64,000 bases of DNA from Squalus acanthias (taxonomy: Eukaryota). Below the pieces are notes generated by a model. The model made no database searches, was not told where the DNA came from, and saw only the letters and a list, made by a program, of their open reading frames with translations. The position numbers and the translations under genes were made by a program. Below, one piece after another: positions 12,488 through 25,083 of this stretch (positions within the stretch are counted from its first letter, which is position 1; each line of letters starts with the position of its first letter). The stretch lies in the NCBI GenBank assembly GCA_030390025.1, contig CM059432.1, positions 129,334,001 to 129,398,000 on the forward strand. The letters are read 5' to 3'.

Positions 12488-13945
12488 AAGAAGTTGATGA
12501 GGGTAGTGTGGTTGATGTTGTGTATATGGACTTTCAGAAGGCATTTGATAAAGTACCACATAATAGACTTGCGAGCAAAATTAAAGCCCATGGGATTAAA
12601 GGGTCAGTGGCAGCATGGATACAAAATTGGCTGAGAGACAGAAAGCAGAGAGCAGTGGTGAATGATTGTTTTTTAGACTGGAGGGAGGTATACAGTGGTG
12701 TCCCCCAGGGGTCAGTATAAGGACCACTGCTCTTTTTGATATATATTATTGACCTGGACTTGGGTATAGAGGGCATAATTTCAAAGTTTGTGGATGACAC
12801 AAAACTTGGAAATGTAATAAACAGTGAGGAGGATAGTAGCAGAATCCAGGAGGATATAGAGAGACTGGTGAAATGGGCAGACACACGGCAGATGAAATTT
12901 AAGTGTGAAAGGAAACATGAGGAGAGGCAATATAAACTAAGTGGTACAAGTGGGTGCAGGAACGGAGAGACATGGGGGTTCACATCCACAATTCTTTGAA
13001 CACGGCAGGACAAGTTGAGAAGGCTGTTAAAAAAGCATATTGGACCGGATATTCTGATCTCTGCGGGTGTGTATGCGCTGTGTACACACCTGTAGGGCCA
13101 TCGGAAATGCCGGTTTCAGGCATGCCAAGCGCATGTGCTGAAAACCGGCATTTCCGATCTGTCAAGAATGCTCTTGACAGATCGGATACCTGCCCTGGAG
13201 AAGGGCCTCTGAGGGCGGAGCGTTCCGCTTTCTGCAGAACCTCCGCCCACAGAAAACCCTTAGAAATCTTACGCCCGGTAAAAGCAAGCGTAAGGCCTGC
13301 TTTTACCAGCATAAGATTTGAAAAAAAGTAAAAAAAATAAAAAATGTTCACTCATTTATCATTTAAAAATACTTTAAAAAAAAGTAAGTTTATTTTTAGC
13401 CCCGTAAAAAACTATAATTATTTTTTTCAAAAAATTAAATTTTTGTTTAAAATAAAAGGCCTTGAAAAGGGCAGAGGATATTTACCAGAATGGTACCACG
13501 GATGAGGAACTTTAGTTATGTGGAGAGACTGGAGAAGTTGTGATTGTTCCCCTTAGAGCAAAGAGTGTTCAGGGGAGGTTTAATAGAGGTGTTCAAATTA
13601 TGAGGGGTTTTGATAGGGTAGATAGGGAGAAACTGTTTCCACTGGCAGGAAGATTAGTAACCAGAGGACACAGATTTAAGATAATTGGCAAAAAAAGTCA
13701 GGGAGAAGAATAATTTTTACTCAACAAGTTCTTCAGAACTGGAATGCCCTGCCTGAAAGGGTGGTGGACGCAGATTCAATAGTAACTTTTAAATGGGAGT
13801 TAGATATATACTTAAAAAGGAAAATGTGGGCTATGTGGAAAGAGCTGAGGAGGGGGACTAATTGGATAGCTCCTTCAGAAAGCCGTCACAGGCACAATGG
13901 GCCGAATGGCCTCCTTCTGTGCTGTATGATTCTATGATTCTATGA
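12488..13945 (+). mobile_element. Degenerate CR1 RT/3' fragment with an internal insertion (~13040-13455, MITE-like)
   Basis: VDVVYMDFQKAFDKVPH, GVPQGSV, FVDD motifs and ATTCTATG tail. Confidence 0.85.
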
Positions 13946-14984
13946 ATCTGTTTGAAGACCTCTGTCCATAAACTGGAGTCTCATTCACAGCCAGTTAGTT
14001 CTCCTGCGATATTTTTGAAAGAGTTAATCCCAATTGCAAGAGGCTGCATGGCACCAAAGAAGAAAATATATTCTAGATCAGGAATAGAAATCACATTTTT
14101 TATTTAAAAAAAACATAATACAATTTAAATTGCAGCAAGATTTTGTTACACGCAAAAGAAAAGCAGACGTAACACTGGAACAAATCACAGATGTGCATCT
14201 AATTTAATATAAAATACGATTCATTCTTGTTTGTGCTTGTATTTGAAATGCTAGTCACAATCTGCGATCAAATTGTTCCAATGCAAACAGCCTGGAGCAG
14301 TACATTGGGAGATCAGCATTTGCAGAATAAACACAGGGGTGCAAAAATAAATGATTAACTGGAGTTTCCCACAGGCGCTAAAACATAGATTTATATCTTC
14401 TGATGCTCACTATCAGGGGCATAAACCAATCAGTAGAAAGCACCCCTTGCAGGGCACAAACCTGATTTAAAATCAACTCACAACATAATCATTGCAGGGG
14501 GAAAAAATAGGGAAGGGGGAAAGGAGACTCTGGTAGAAAGCAAATTACTGCGGAGAGACACAGAATAGAAGCTGCGTTTTGGCAACTTCCGTTTCTAAAT
14601 AAGAGTAAATCGTTTGTTGGCCAGAATCAATGATTTAGGCCTTTGCTTGGTTAATAAAGGCAGGAGGCCCAGACTTAGACTGTGCTCACCGGTGGTTTCA
14701 TTTATTTCACTGTCACCCACAAAACAGGGATTTGTTCCCCGTGTTCAGAAATCTAGGGGAAGCAACATTCTTCATCAACCTCAGCGGCTGCAGCTCATGC
14801 GCACTCTGCATCCAAGTGCGTTGGCAACCAACCTGCTCCCAGATGTGCATCCAGCAGTGCTGCTCTACGTGGCCCACTGTGTGGTATAAAAAAAAATGAG
14901 TATGTAGTCACAAGTGACACGGAGAAACCCCAGGGAGTGGCTGGTTGGATACAAATTACACAGGCTACACGCCACAGCTAAAGA

Positions 14985-15432
14985 AAAAAGAAAAACTTGC
15001 ATTTATATAGCACCTTTCACGTCGTCCCGAAGCGTTTGACAGCCAATGAACTACTTTTCGAAGTGGAGTCACTGTTGTAATGTGGGAAACGCGGCAGCCA
15101 ATTTGCGCATAGCAAGCTCCCACAAACAGCAATGTGATAATGACCAGATAATCTGTTTTTTAGTGATGTTGGTTGAGGGATAAATATTGGTCAGGACACC
15201 GGGGATAACTCTGCTGCTCTTCTTCGAAATAGTGCCGTGGGATCTTTTACATTCACCTGAGAGAGCAAACGGGGGCCTCAGTTTAATGTCTCATCCAAAA
15301 AAACAGCACCTCTGACAGTGCTGCGCTCCCTCAGTACTGCCAGCCTAGATTTTTGTGCTCAAGTGTCTGGAGTGGGGCTTGAACCCACAACTCAGAAGGC
15401 AAGAGTGCTACCCACTGAGCCACGGCCAACAC
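14985..15432 (-). mobile_element. tRNA-derived Deu-domain SINE (SacSINE1-like)
   Basis: Minus strand reads A-box TGGCTCAGTGG, B-box GGTTCAAGCC, conserved core, and L2-like tail GCTATATAAATGCAAG. Confidence 0.8.
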
Positions 15433-16510
15433 CAGTGCATACTGAAAAGTTGTCTCGCTTTTCAGCAGCTGCCATCGTTACAACCACTCAGTGGGAACGA
15501 TAACAAAAAATTGAAGGATTGTTCTCAACCCCGAAATAAACAGGAAGGATGGCCAAGTCAGGGTGTGCCGAAGTATTATGGAAAAAAAATCAAAAGAGAA
15601 GGAAATAAACCCTTTAGTGTTAAATTTTATTTCAAAGTTTGTACTGTGTCAATGTAGCCTGTCGCCCAAAGGTCCTTTAAAATGTTGACTTTTATGTGTG
15701 CGGAATATAAGGGCTGTCACCAAGAGATAGGTCCAAACAACCGTTGTGTAAACTTTTATTGATGTGTTCAAGTGTGTGTGGGTTGGAACTGATGTGATAC
15801 AGCGTTGGAGTCCGCGCACCTCCCTGGCCTGACTGATTTTCTCGTGAAGCGGAAGTGAAGCAGCCGGCATTATGACACTGGCAACAAACAAGAAAATGTC
15901 TGTTCATTGACATTGTGTTGTGAATTTTTCTCCCCTCAGAGGAACATCATGCGGATTTAAATATAAATGTAGCATTTAAATGATTTTCCTTCCCCTCTAT
16001 TCATCATCGTACTCTGACTTTCTGTTTGCTCTTACATTTTATTAAGAACATTTGTCTTTACACTCAGTCCTTACTTTCTCTTGTTTTTTTAATGTTACTT
16101 TTGTGCTGTCAGTTCTTGTCTATTGCCAAGTTTACAGCTGTTAGTGGATCTCCGGTGCGATTGCTTACAGCAAGTAGGAGGATAAGCTATTTTATGAGGG
16201 GAGCATTATACCATGCAATGCATAATATATTATTCTGCTGCTAAGGGGAAGCAGGGACCTCCTTAGGTCATTTAGAGGGTAATTACTTTAAGGCACTTCC
16301 AAATAGCGGGTATTTTCTGTTGTTGGGGAAGTTTAACCACATAGCAAATGACTGGCTTTCTTTTTTTTAATTAAGATACTTTGTAAAAATGTTACAGAAT
16401 TTTGTGTGTGTGACTAGGTGTGATCCTTGAAGTGTGATGGACATGTTTCGAAACTTTTATATGTAGATTTATTTTGTTTCACATGTGCTCATGTCCCTGT
16501 CACACACCCA

Positions 16511-17010
16511 TTATCTTCTTAAGCAGGCAGTCCCTCGGAACCGAGATGACTTGCTTCCACATTAAAAATGAGTTCTCAGGTGACTGATGAGTCCAATGCG
16601 GGACCTACAGTCTTTGTCACAGGTGGGGCAGACGGTGGTTGAAGGGGCGGGTGGGTGGGGTGCTTGGGTTGACGTGCGCTCCTTGCGCTGCTTGCGCTTG
16701 GCTTCCGCTTGCTCCCGGCAAAGAGACTCGAGGTGTTCGGCGCCTTCCCGGATTCTTCTCCTCCACTTTGTGCGGTCTTGGGCCAGGGATTCCCAGGTGT
16801 CGGTGGGGATGTTGCACTTTTTCAAGGAGGCTTTGAGGGTGTCCTTGAAGCATTTCCTCTGCCCACCTGGGGCTCTCTTGCCGTGTCGGAGCTCCGAGTA
16901 GAGCGCTTGTTTTGGGAGTCTCGTATCGGGCATGTGGACGATGTGATCCGTCCATCGGAGCTGATCGAGCGTGGTCAAAGCTTCGATGCTGGGGATGTTG
17001 GCCTGAGCGA
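16511..17010 (-). mobile_element. RTE-clade LINE 3' fragment
   Basis: LRWTDHIVHMPDTRLPKQALYSEL...FKDTLKASLK...CPTCDKDCRSRIGLISHLRTH (C2H2 finger), then tail GAGGGACTGCC...AAGAAGA. Confidence 0.88.
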
Positions 17011-17956
17011 AAAAACATTATACACCACCGCTCACAGCTCCCTTGCAATAAACAATGTTAAAATAATTAGCACGGACTCTCGAAAACATGTAATCATTCA
17101 CGCTAACTATCTAATTTGTACATGGACCATCTCAGCATGGAGAAAACAATAAAAGTGTGAGAACAAAATCTTGTGGAGGGAAAGAGGAATCTACTGAGAA
17201 CAAGAGGGTTTCCGTAAGAAAGCTCCATGTGTCACCCATGAGTTAAAAGGTCGTTTCCCTGAGGAACACTTACTCATTTTGAAGTGAATTCCTGTTATTG
17301 TTGCTTTCCTCATATATATCATCTTCAAATCGTTTGAAACCACATCACGTCAATTTATCTTTTGCCTACATGTAAACACTTAGCAGTGAGCACTCAAAAG
17401 TGAGTGATAAATCAATGTAATCAAACAATGCAATAATTGCAGCTAGATTGCTCTGGTTATATTCATGAATCCATCCATCATGCTGGTATAATTAAAAGCC
17501 TTTCATCGAGCGCATCTGTGGTGGATGGGAAAGTCTACATGGCTCTACAAAGTGCCACACGTACAAGTGCATGGCAAAACTCCAAAGTGTCCGTCACATC
17601 TACCTGATCAGCTCAAATAAGCACCATTAAGTATCCATACCGATTCGTTCAAATGTAGATAGGTAATAAAATGTACCAACCACGAAACAACGACCAACAC
17701 ATCTAACCAATCGATTGCTTAATCTTTCTTCAAAATTGCTAGCCAGCTACTTCCCAGAATGAATCAAACAAACCGTGACATTATCAATTGTTTTTAGCTG
17801 CAACTTTTCCTTCCTCACTTAGGTCAGTATTTACATTTCATAAAAGAATTGCACGTTCTGAAAAAAAATAATCATCAAATGTACCGACAGAATTAGTCAT
17901 TTAATGTTAGAACTGCCTCTGGAAGTGTCCTCTAGAGAGGTCTGTTCCTCTTTAGT

Positions 17957-18292
17957 GGGCATGGAGCTTCAGTTTGGCCCAGAGATGGAAATTTCACCTG
18001 GGCCTTGGGTTCTGGGGAACTCGATGCAGATGAAAATCGAGCAATTTCTCCAAGTGATTACGTGTTCCACTGGTGCCTGCAACAAAGACAAAGCTTCCCT
18101 GATGTTGCCACAAATGAGAGCTGTGGACTCAAGAGTCACGCCTGGTAGTTGCCGCACATCCTCAAAGACTGCACACAGGTAGCTCAAACATCCTCCTTTA
18201 TGGGGAGTACCCAGCCATTTCCCTGGGGTGTCCACCCATCTTCCACTGAAGTTACAGTGGGAGATCAGGGAACTCCCAAGGAGATTCTACCC
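17957..18292. mobile_element. Possible old MITE
   Basis: Weak inverted termini GGGCATGGAGCTTC / GGAGATTCTACCCC resembling the Harbinger-type ends elsewhere in the window. Confidence 0.3.
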
Positions 18293-19264
18293 CATAGTCC
18301 GTACAGGAATGCTAAACCCCAATAATCAACTGCAGTCCAAATTCCAGTGACCTCCCATGGATTACAACACAGTTTTAATGTTTCAGCAAGCGCATCATCC
18401 CACATCAATAGAATTAAGTGAATCATCAATATGAACGTAGGGGAAAGACGGGAAGGAAAAGACCATCTGGACAATCAAAGCCTGCCCCACACTCATGATG
18501 CCTGGAGCAACACGACTAGACACTTCCTACCACTGGGAGAGGCAAAAAAAACCGGGGGAAATAATACACTGGAAAATTCCTCTCCAACCCTCTCAGGCGA
18601 TCGAAACAGGAGATCCCGTTGACCAAGCGTACGTTAACTGTTAATCCACTTACCTTCTATATGATGTGATCTCTGACCCAATGACAGCTACCAACGAGAA
18701 AATAAAGGATAGAAGGAAAAGAAAATGGGCCCACAATCTCCAAAGATACATAGATAAGAGCAGGGATTTTTGTAGAAAATAAGCCAACCACTAATTTCAA
18801 GTAATGTAAAGTTTCATTTTCAATGTTTATAATGCTGTCTGAATCTCTTGATTAGACTGTTTACTGTGCCGTCTCCCTCCATTATTATGTTACATGTATT
18901 GAATACACATTAGCCCGCAATCACCTGGAGAGTATTTCTCCCTGACCTGCCAGTCACAAATGTCACAATAAATAGAATGGTAAATTTATTTACATTTTGT
19001 AAAATGTTCCAGCATCAATTTAAAGTAATAACAGACAGAAGGGAGTGATTTCAAAATTGTCATGTGCCGTCAGGGTTGAGAGAACGCTCATTAACTGCTC
19101 GAATTTCTCTCAGCATTTAATGTATCATCTGAACCCAGTGATTAGGATTAGGACGAGAAGCCTGTAATTTACTCCTGCTGTCCACAACTAACTAATCTGA
19201 TAGGTAACCGTGTATCATGACTGATGATCTTGGCCCATGGATTATCATCACCCTTAGGGAACAA

Positions 19265-19900
19265 GACCGCATACTTCCACCTCTGTAACATCACCCGTCT
19301 TTGTCCTTGCCTTAGCTCATCTGCTGCTGAAACCCTCATGTTACCTTTGTTACCTCTAGACTCGACTGTTCCAATGATCTCCTAGCTGCTCTCCCACCTA
19401 CCACCCTCTGTAAATTTGAGTCCGTCTAAAACTCGGCTCCCCATATCCTAACACACACCAAGCCCCGTTCACCCATCACCCCTGTGCTCACTGACCTACA
19501 TTGGTAACGCCTCGATTTTAAAATTCTCATCCTTGTTTTTAAATGCTTCCACAGCCTCACCCCTCCCTATCTCTCTAACCTCCTCCAGCTCCACAACCCT
19601 CCGAGATATCTGTACTCCTCCAATTCTGACCTCTTGTGTGTATCCCTGATTTTAATCGCTCCACCATTGGTGGCCGTGCCTTCAGCTGCCTAGGCCCTAT
19701 GTTCTGGAATTCCCTCCCTAAACCTCTCCGCCTCTCTACTTCTCTCTCCTCCTTTAAGACACTCCTTAAAACCCACCTCATCTGTCCTGATATCTCATGT
19801 GGCTCAGTGTAAAATTTTATTTGACAGCGCTCCTGCGACATGCCTTGGGACGATTTACTATGTTAAAAGGCGCTATATAAATGCAAGTTGTTGTTGTTGC
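19265..19900 (+). mobile_element. L2 LINE 3' fragment
   Basis: VTSRLDC, SPITPVLTDLHW, RAFSCLGP..WNSLP-type sequence and (GTT)n tail. Confidence 0.8.
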
Positions 19901-19905
19901 AGCAG

Positions 19906-20249
19906 TAGGATTGCCAACCCTCTCACATTGTCCGGAAGTCTTCCAGAATTAAAGATTAATCTCCCAGACACTCCTGCAAGCATTCCAGGAGAAACGTTAT
20001 ATTTTCTTCTCCTCTTTCAATCTGGCCGGACTCACGACAAGCAGCAGGACTGCAACGCGCTCAGCAAGCTCTCTCTCTGGTAAAACCACACAAAGGATAG
20101 GGCAGTTCTGGAGCACAGAGGATTGTGGGTATTGTGGCCGCCATTATTGACTGATTGACGTATCGGGCGGCCAAAGGCAGGAATGTGGAGGCAGGGTGGT
20201 TGGAGGTGGCAGGTCATGCGGTACGGTCCAATCAGAGTTGGCAGCCCTA
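19906..20249. mobile_element. hAT-like MITE
   Basis: TIRs TAGGATTGCCAAC / GTTGGCAGCCCTA. No recognisable TSD. Confidence 0.55.
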
Positions 20250-20640
20250 AATTAACCCTCGATGTGCCCAACCCAAACAGATCCTGATAACAGCTTTATG
20301 CAGTCACACGATGTCATCAGATCTGATTAATTTGCTGAACTCCTGTATTGATCAAAGGTGAGGGATTTTAGTGCTACCATCACCTTGTGTCAGCACCAAG
20401 CACTCCTAGATGAGGTACAGCACAGACAGCCACAGGGTAAAACTATCCCGTCCCTGACAATAAGCCTCAACCACAAAGTCAGAAGCATCTTACCACTCCA
20501 TTAATATAAATATTTCATTTCCCACACCCGCCATCCTTGTGGTCTATGGGAGAAAGATTGGCAATTGTGCCACTTAATTGTGGGCAGTGTATAGCCGCAC
20601 AGACCATGGCTACCTAAAATGTGTGAAACCATTAAATTGA

Positions 20641-20981
20641 AAAAGAAAGACTTGCATTTCTATAGCGCCTTTCACGACCACCAGACGTCCCAAAGCGCTT
20701 TACAGCCAATGAAGTACTTTTTGAAGTGTAGTCACTGTTGTAATGTAGGAAACGCGGCAGTCAATTTGCGTACAGCAAGCTCCCACAAACAGCAATGTGA
20801 TAATGACCAGATAATCTGTTTTTAATGATGTTGATTGAGGGATAAATATTGGCCAGGACACCGGGGATAACTCCCCTGCTCTTCTTCAGAATAATGCCAT
20901 GGGATCTTTTACATCCACCTGAGAGGGCAGACGGGGCCTCGGTTTAATGTCTCCGCCGAAAGACAGCACCTCCAACAGTGC
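20641..20981 (-). mobile_element. Deu-domain SINE, 5'-truncated
   Basis: Homologous to 14985-15432. Confidence 0.8.
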
Positions 20982-21542
20982 TGATCCAGAAGGTGAGACG
21001 TGCATCCTGCTCTCTGGTCTCTGCCTATGTTGCTCTGCAACTGGCCACCAGGTGGTGTGCGAGAGGGTCGTTGGGAAATTCACTCCCACTTTGCATTCTC
21101 TTCTATTTCACTGAATTTTTCGGTGTCAAATGTCCTTTAAGAACAGTAATAGGCAAAAACGTCAATAGAAAGGCACAGAAAAATGGCGCTAAAGTTGTAA
21201 TTGTTTAGCTTTTTAAATAAGATGCTGTATTGACGATGAATGTTTTTTAAACACACGAGAGGATGAAAAATTCAACAGAATATCAGCTTCGAATATAGAA
21301 ATGTAAAGTGTCTTGAGCATTAAGAAAAAGCTAAGCTAAAGGGTATCAAGGTCGGAGTAACAAGGCGCTCAGTGCAGCTGGTACAGTATCTGCTGCAATG
21401 TACAGTTTGGTGCATTGCCCATCATGGAGGCTGTGCGGCCAAGTTTTCACAATATGCTGCTTCTGGCTGTTGCTGCCTGAATGATTTTCTTTCTGGCTGA
21501 TTGGGACCAAAAATGCCCTAAGATGCTGGCACAACCCCTTTA

Positions 21543-21972
21543 AAGAAAGAAAGAGTTGCATTTATATAGCGCCTTCAGGACATCCCAAAGCGCTTTACAG
21601 CCAATGAAGTACTTTTTGAAGTGTAGTCACTGTTGTAACGTAGGAAATGCAGCAAGCTCCCGCAAAGAGCAATGTGATAATGCTGTTTAAGTGATGTTGA
21701 TTGAGGGATAAATATTGGCCAGGACCCTGAGGAGAATTCCCCATCTCTTCTTTGAAATAGTACCGTGGGATCTTTTACAGCCACCTGAGAGAGCAGACGG
21801 GGCCTCGGTTTAACGTCTCATCCAAAAGACGGCACCTCCGACAGTGCAGCACTCCCTCAGCTCTGCACTGGAGTGTCAGCCTAGATGTTGTGTTCAAGTG
21901 TCTGGAGTGGGACTTAAACCTACGAACCGCTGACTCAGAGGTGAGAGTGCTACCACTGAGCCAATGCTGACA
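21543..21972 (-). mobile_element. Deu-domain SINE, near full length
   Basis: Homologous to 14985-15432, including the tRNA-like head. Confidence 0.8.
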
Positions 21973-22265
21973 CCATTTGCAGCTTAAGTGAATATTTCCA
22001 CTCAAATTGAATTTTTTTTTAATGTATTTGCTATTAAACAAGAAGACAGCTTGCTGCGGATAAAGCTGAGGATCGTGACAGTTGAACAATGTTATCAATC
22101 GAATGCCTGCTCTGCTGTCTCACTTTGATGCCAGTGCAAATCAGCTGCTCATTGCATGTGTCCCTTCTGGCCATAGGATGCAACTGCAGGGCATTCAGGA
22201 TCGTAGACAATCAGAATGACAATTAAAAGATGGCACGCTGCTTTAAAAAACTTTATATACTATCA

Positions 22266-22301
22266 TCCTCGGTTCCGAGGGACTGCCTAAGAAGAAAGAA
22301 G
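22266..22301 (+). mobile_element. 36-bp RTE 3'-terminal insertion
   Basis: TCGGTTCCGAGGGACTGCCTAAGAAGAAAGAAG matches the RTE tail at ~16515-16545. Flanked by 9-bp TSD ATACTATCA (22257-22265 / 22302-22310). Confidence 0.8.
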
Positions 22302-22599
22302 ATACTATCACAAAACGTTGCAAAGTGTTTCCCACAATGAATTACTTCTGAAGTGCAGAGACCTGTTACGTCAGTAAATTTGGCAGCTATTCTGAAAGAG
22401 CAACATCCCATAAGCCACAATGAAATAAGTGACCAATTGGTCTATTTTTGGTGGCGCTGTTGGTCGAGGGAGATAGTTTTGGCCAAATAATATTCTGTGA
22501 TCTTTAATGTCCATCTGAAGCCGTGGACAGGACCTCAGCAAGGACAGCACCTGAAACAGTGTCGCACGATAATAAAATCATTCCAATTATGGGTTAGTA

Positions 22600-23172
22600 A
22601 CACAGTAACATAGTAACATTAGGAACAGGAGTAGGCCATTCAGCCCCTTGGGCTCGCTCCGCCCTTTAATTACATTATGGCTGATATGCACCTCAACTCC
22701 ATTTCCCCGCTTTTGCTCCATATCCCTTAATACCCGTAACTAACAGAAATCTGTCAATCTCAGTCTTGAAGATTTCAATTGACCCCCCAGTATCCACAGC
22801 CTTTTAGGGGCGAGAATTCCAGATTTCTACTACCCTTTGTGTGAAAAAGTGCTTCCTGATTTCACTCCTGAATGGCCTAGCTCTAATTTTAAGATTATGT
22901 CCCCTCTTTCTTGATTTCCCCACCAGAGGAAATAGTTTCTCCGTATCTACCCTAGCAAATCCTTTCAACATTTCAAATGCCTCGATCAGATCACGCCTCA
23001 ATCTCCTGCACTCAAATGAATACAAGCCACGTCTATGCAACCTGTCCTCATAATTGAACCTCCTAAACATTCTGGTGAATCTGCCCCGCATCCCCTCCAA
23101 GGCCAATATATACTTCCTGAACTGCAGGGGCACTAAACTGAACGCAGTACTCCAGGTGGGATCTAACCAAGG
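22600..23172 (-). mobile_element. CR1 3' fragment
   Basis: RGHNLKIRARPFRSEIRKHFFTQRVVEIWNS. Confidence 0.85.
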
Positions 23173-23744
23173 TTGAGGTGACATGTCTACATCACCCGAG
23201 CTTTGCTTTTGTAACTCACATCATTCAAAGCTCTATTATTTGATGATCATTCCAAGGATTGCACTTTGTTTTTTGATCTTTCTTGTATGTATTTATCCCC
23301 AGGAAACACGCTTTTTATATTCAATCCTTTTCAATTTCATCTGCCGTTTCCCCCAACATTAATCAACAATTAACTGTACAGAAGTTTTAAAGAAGAAATA
23401 GATTCTTGCGTAAAAAAGAGTAAATAGCATCTTTGTGACCATAAGCAAAATTAGCTCAACATTTGTGTTGCCCATAGTTAAGTATTGCCCCCTAGTGGAC
23501 ATTATTGTTATGCAATTTGTTTGCAAATTCAAGTGATGGTTTATTCAATTACCTTATTTAAATGAAGGAGGTGATGCTGGTTTCTTTATTAAAAAGGTTA
23601 GATCTAGTCAACAAACAGAAAAATCATTATTCCAGCCAAATTAAAGGTAGTGAAAAAATTGCCCGAATACGTCCAAAGAGTACCGAAAACCCAATAATAA
23701 CTAATGCAGCATTATCCCTTCAGTAAATGACACTCGTCTCTAAC

Positions 23745-25083
23745 AATCCACAATCCGGGCGATAAACTGTTTTACAGTGGCTCAAAATCTAGTTGATTAA
23801 TTGCCTTCTAATAAGGAATGAAAAAAGCTTGCATTTATAAAGTGCTCCACTATGTCATAGTACACAAAGCAGCCAGTAAACCATTCTCGAATGATGTATA
23901 ATGTGGCTATTAAACTGTTCTTGAATGGCACATAATCCAGGCAATAAACTTCTTCCCAATGGTGCATAATCCAAGCATTATCCAGGCAATAAACTGCTGT
24001 CGATTGCTGGAGAATCAGGCAATAGATGCCTTCTAAACGTGTAGACGCAATAGACTAATGGTGTATATACTGGTCAGTAGTTCTCGCTCAAACTGGTACA
24101 CATGCCAATCAATAGACTGGCTTTTAATGGTGCAAAATCCAATCAATAAACTACTCTTGAATGGTGCGTTATACACTTAATAAACTACTCTCAAAAGGTG
24201 CATTAACCAGTCAAGAAACAGCTTTCTAATGGTTCAGTGTCCAGTTAATAAAGTGCCCTCATATAGTGTACATTATAATCATTAGACTGTTCAAACAGTG
24301 CTTAGTCCAGTCAATAGACTGTTCTTGATGGTGAATCAAGAAACTACCACTGAATGGTCCAAATGAATTCATAAACTGGGCTCAAATGTTGCACGTTAAA
24401 ATACACATATTGCTCTAAAAATGGCCATAATCCAGTCAGCAAAGTGCTCTCCAATGGCACACTATCCAGTCTGTAATGTGTTGCCCAATGGGGCATATTA
24501 GAGTCAAAAAACTACTGTTGAATTTTGTATGTTCCAGTCAATTCACTGCTCTCGAATGGTGCATATTACATTCAATAGACGGCCGTCTAATGGGTCATAT
24601 TACTGCTAACACACTTCCTTCTAATGGAGCATCGTCTCGTCAATAAACTGCTCTCAAATGGTGCATATTACAGTCAGCAAACGGCTCCTGATGGATGTAT
24701 TATTTAGTCAATCAACTTCTCTAGAATGGTGCAAATTGCAATCAACAAATTGCTTTCTAATGGTGCAAGAAATGGATCTCAAATGGTGCATAGTCCAGCT
24801 AATCAGCTGAGTTTGAATGTTGCACTGTCCAATCAATAAACTGTTTTTGAATGATGCATTAGTTAGTCAATTGATTGCCTTCCAATGATGCATAATCCAC
24901 TCAATAAATTGTTCTCAACTGGTGTATAATCTAGTCAATAAAGTGTTCCTGAATGGTGTATAATCCTTTCATTAGACTGTTCTCTAATGGTGCAGTCTTC
25001 TCAATAAAGTGCTCTTGCATGTTCATAGTCCAATTAGCTGCTTCCAAATGATACATTGCCAAATCAATAGATTGCCTTCCAAT
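23745..25083 (+). repeat. Degenerate 34-bp minisatellite, left block
   Basis: Unit ~TCCAGTCAATAAACTGCTCTTGAATGGTGCATAA, roughly 40 diverged copies estimated from length. Confidence 0.85.

Noticed and set aside
15360..15432. tRNA gene
   Set aside because: The A and B boxes belong to the SINE head and continue into the SINE body.
17904..18235. Overlapping ORFs as host exons
   Set aside because: No recognisable protein, and the region has MITE-like ends.
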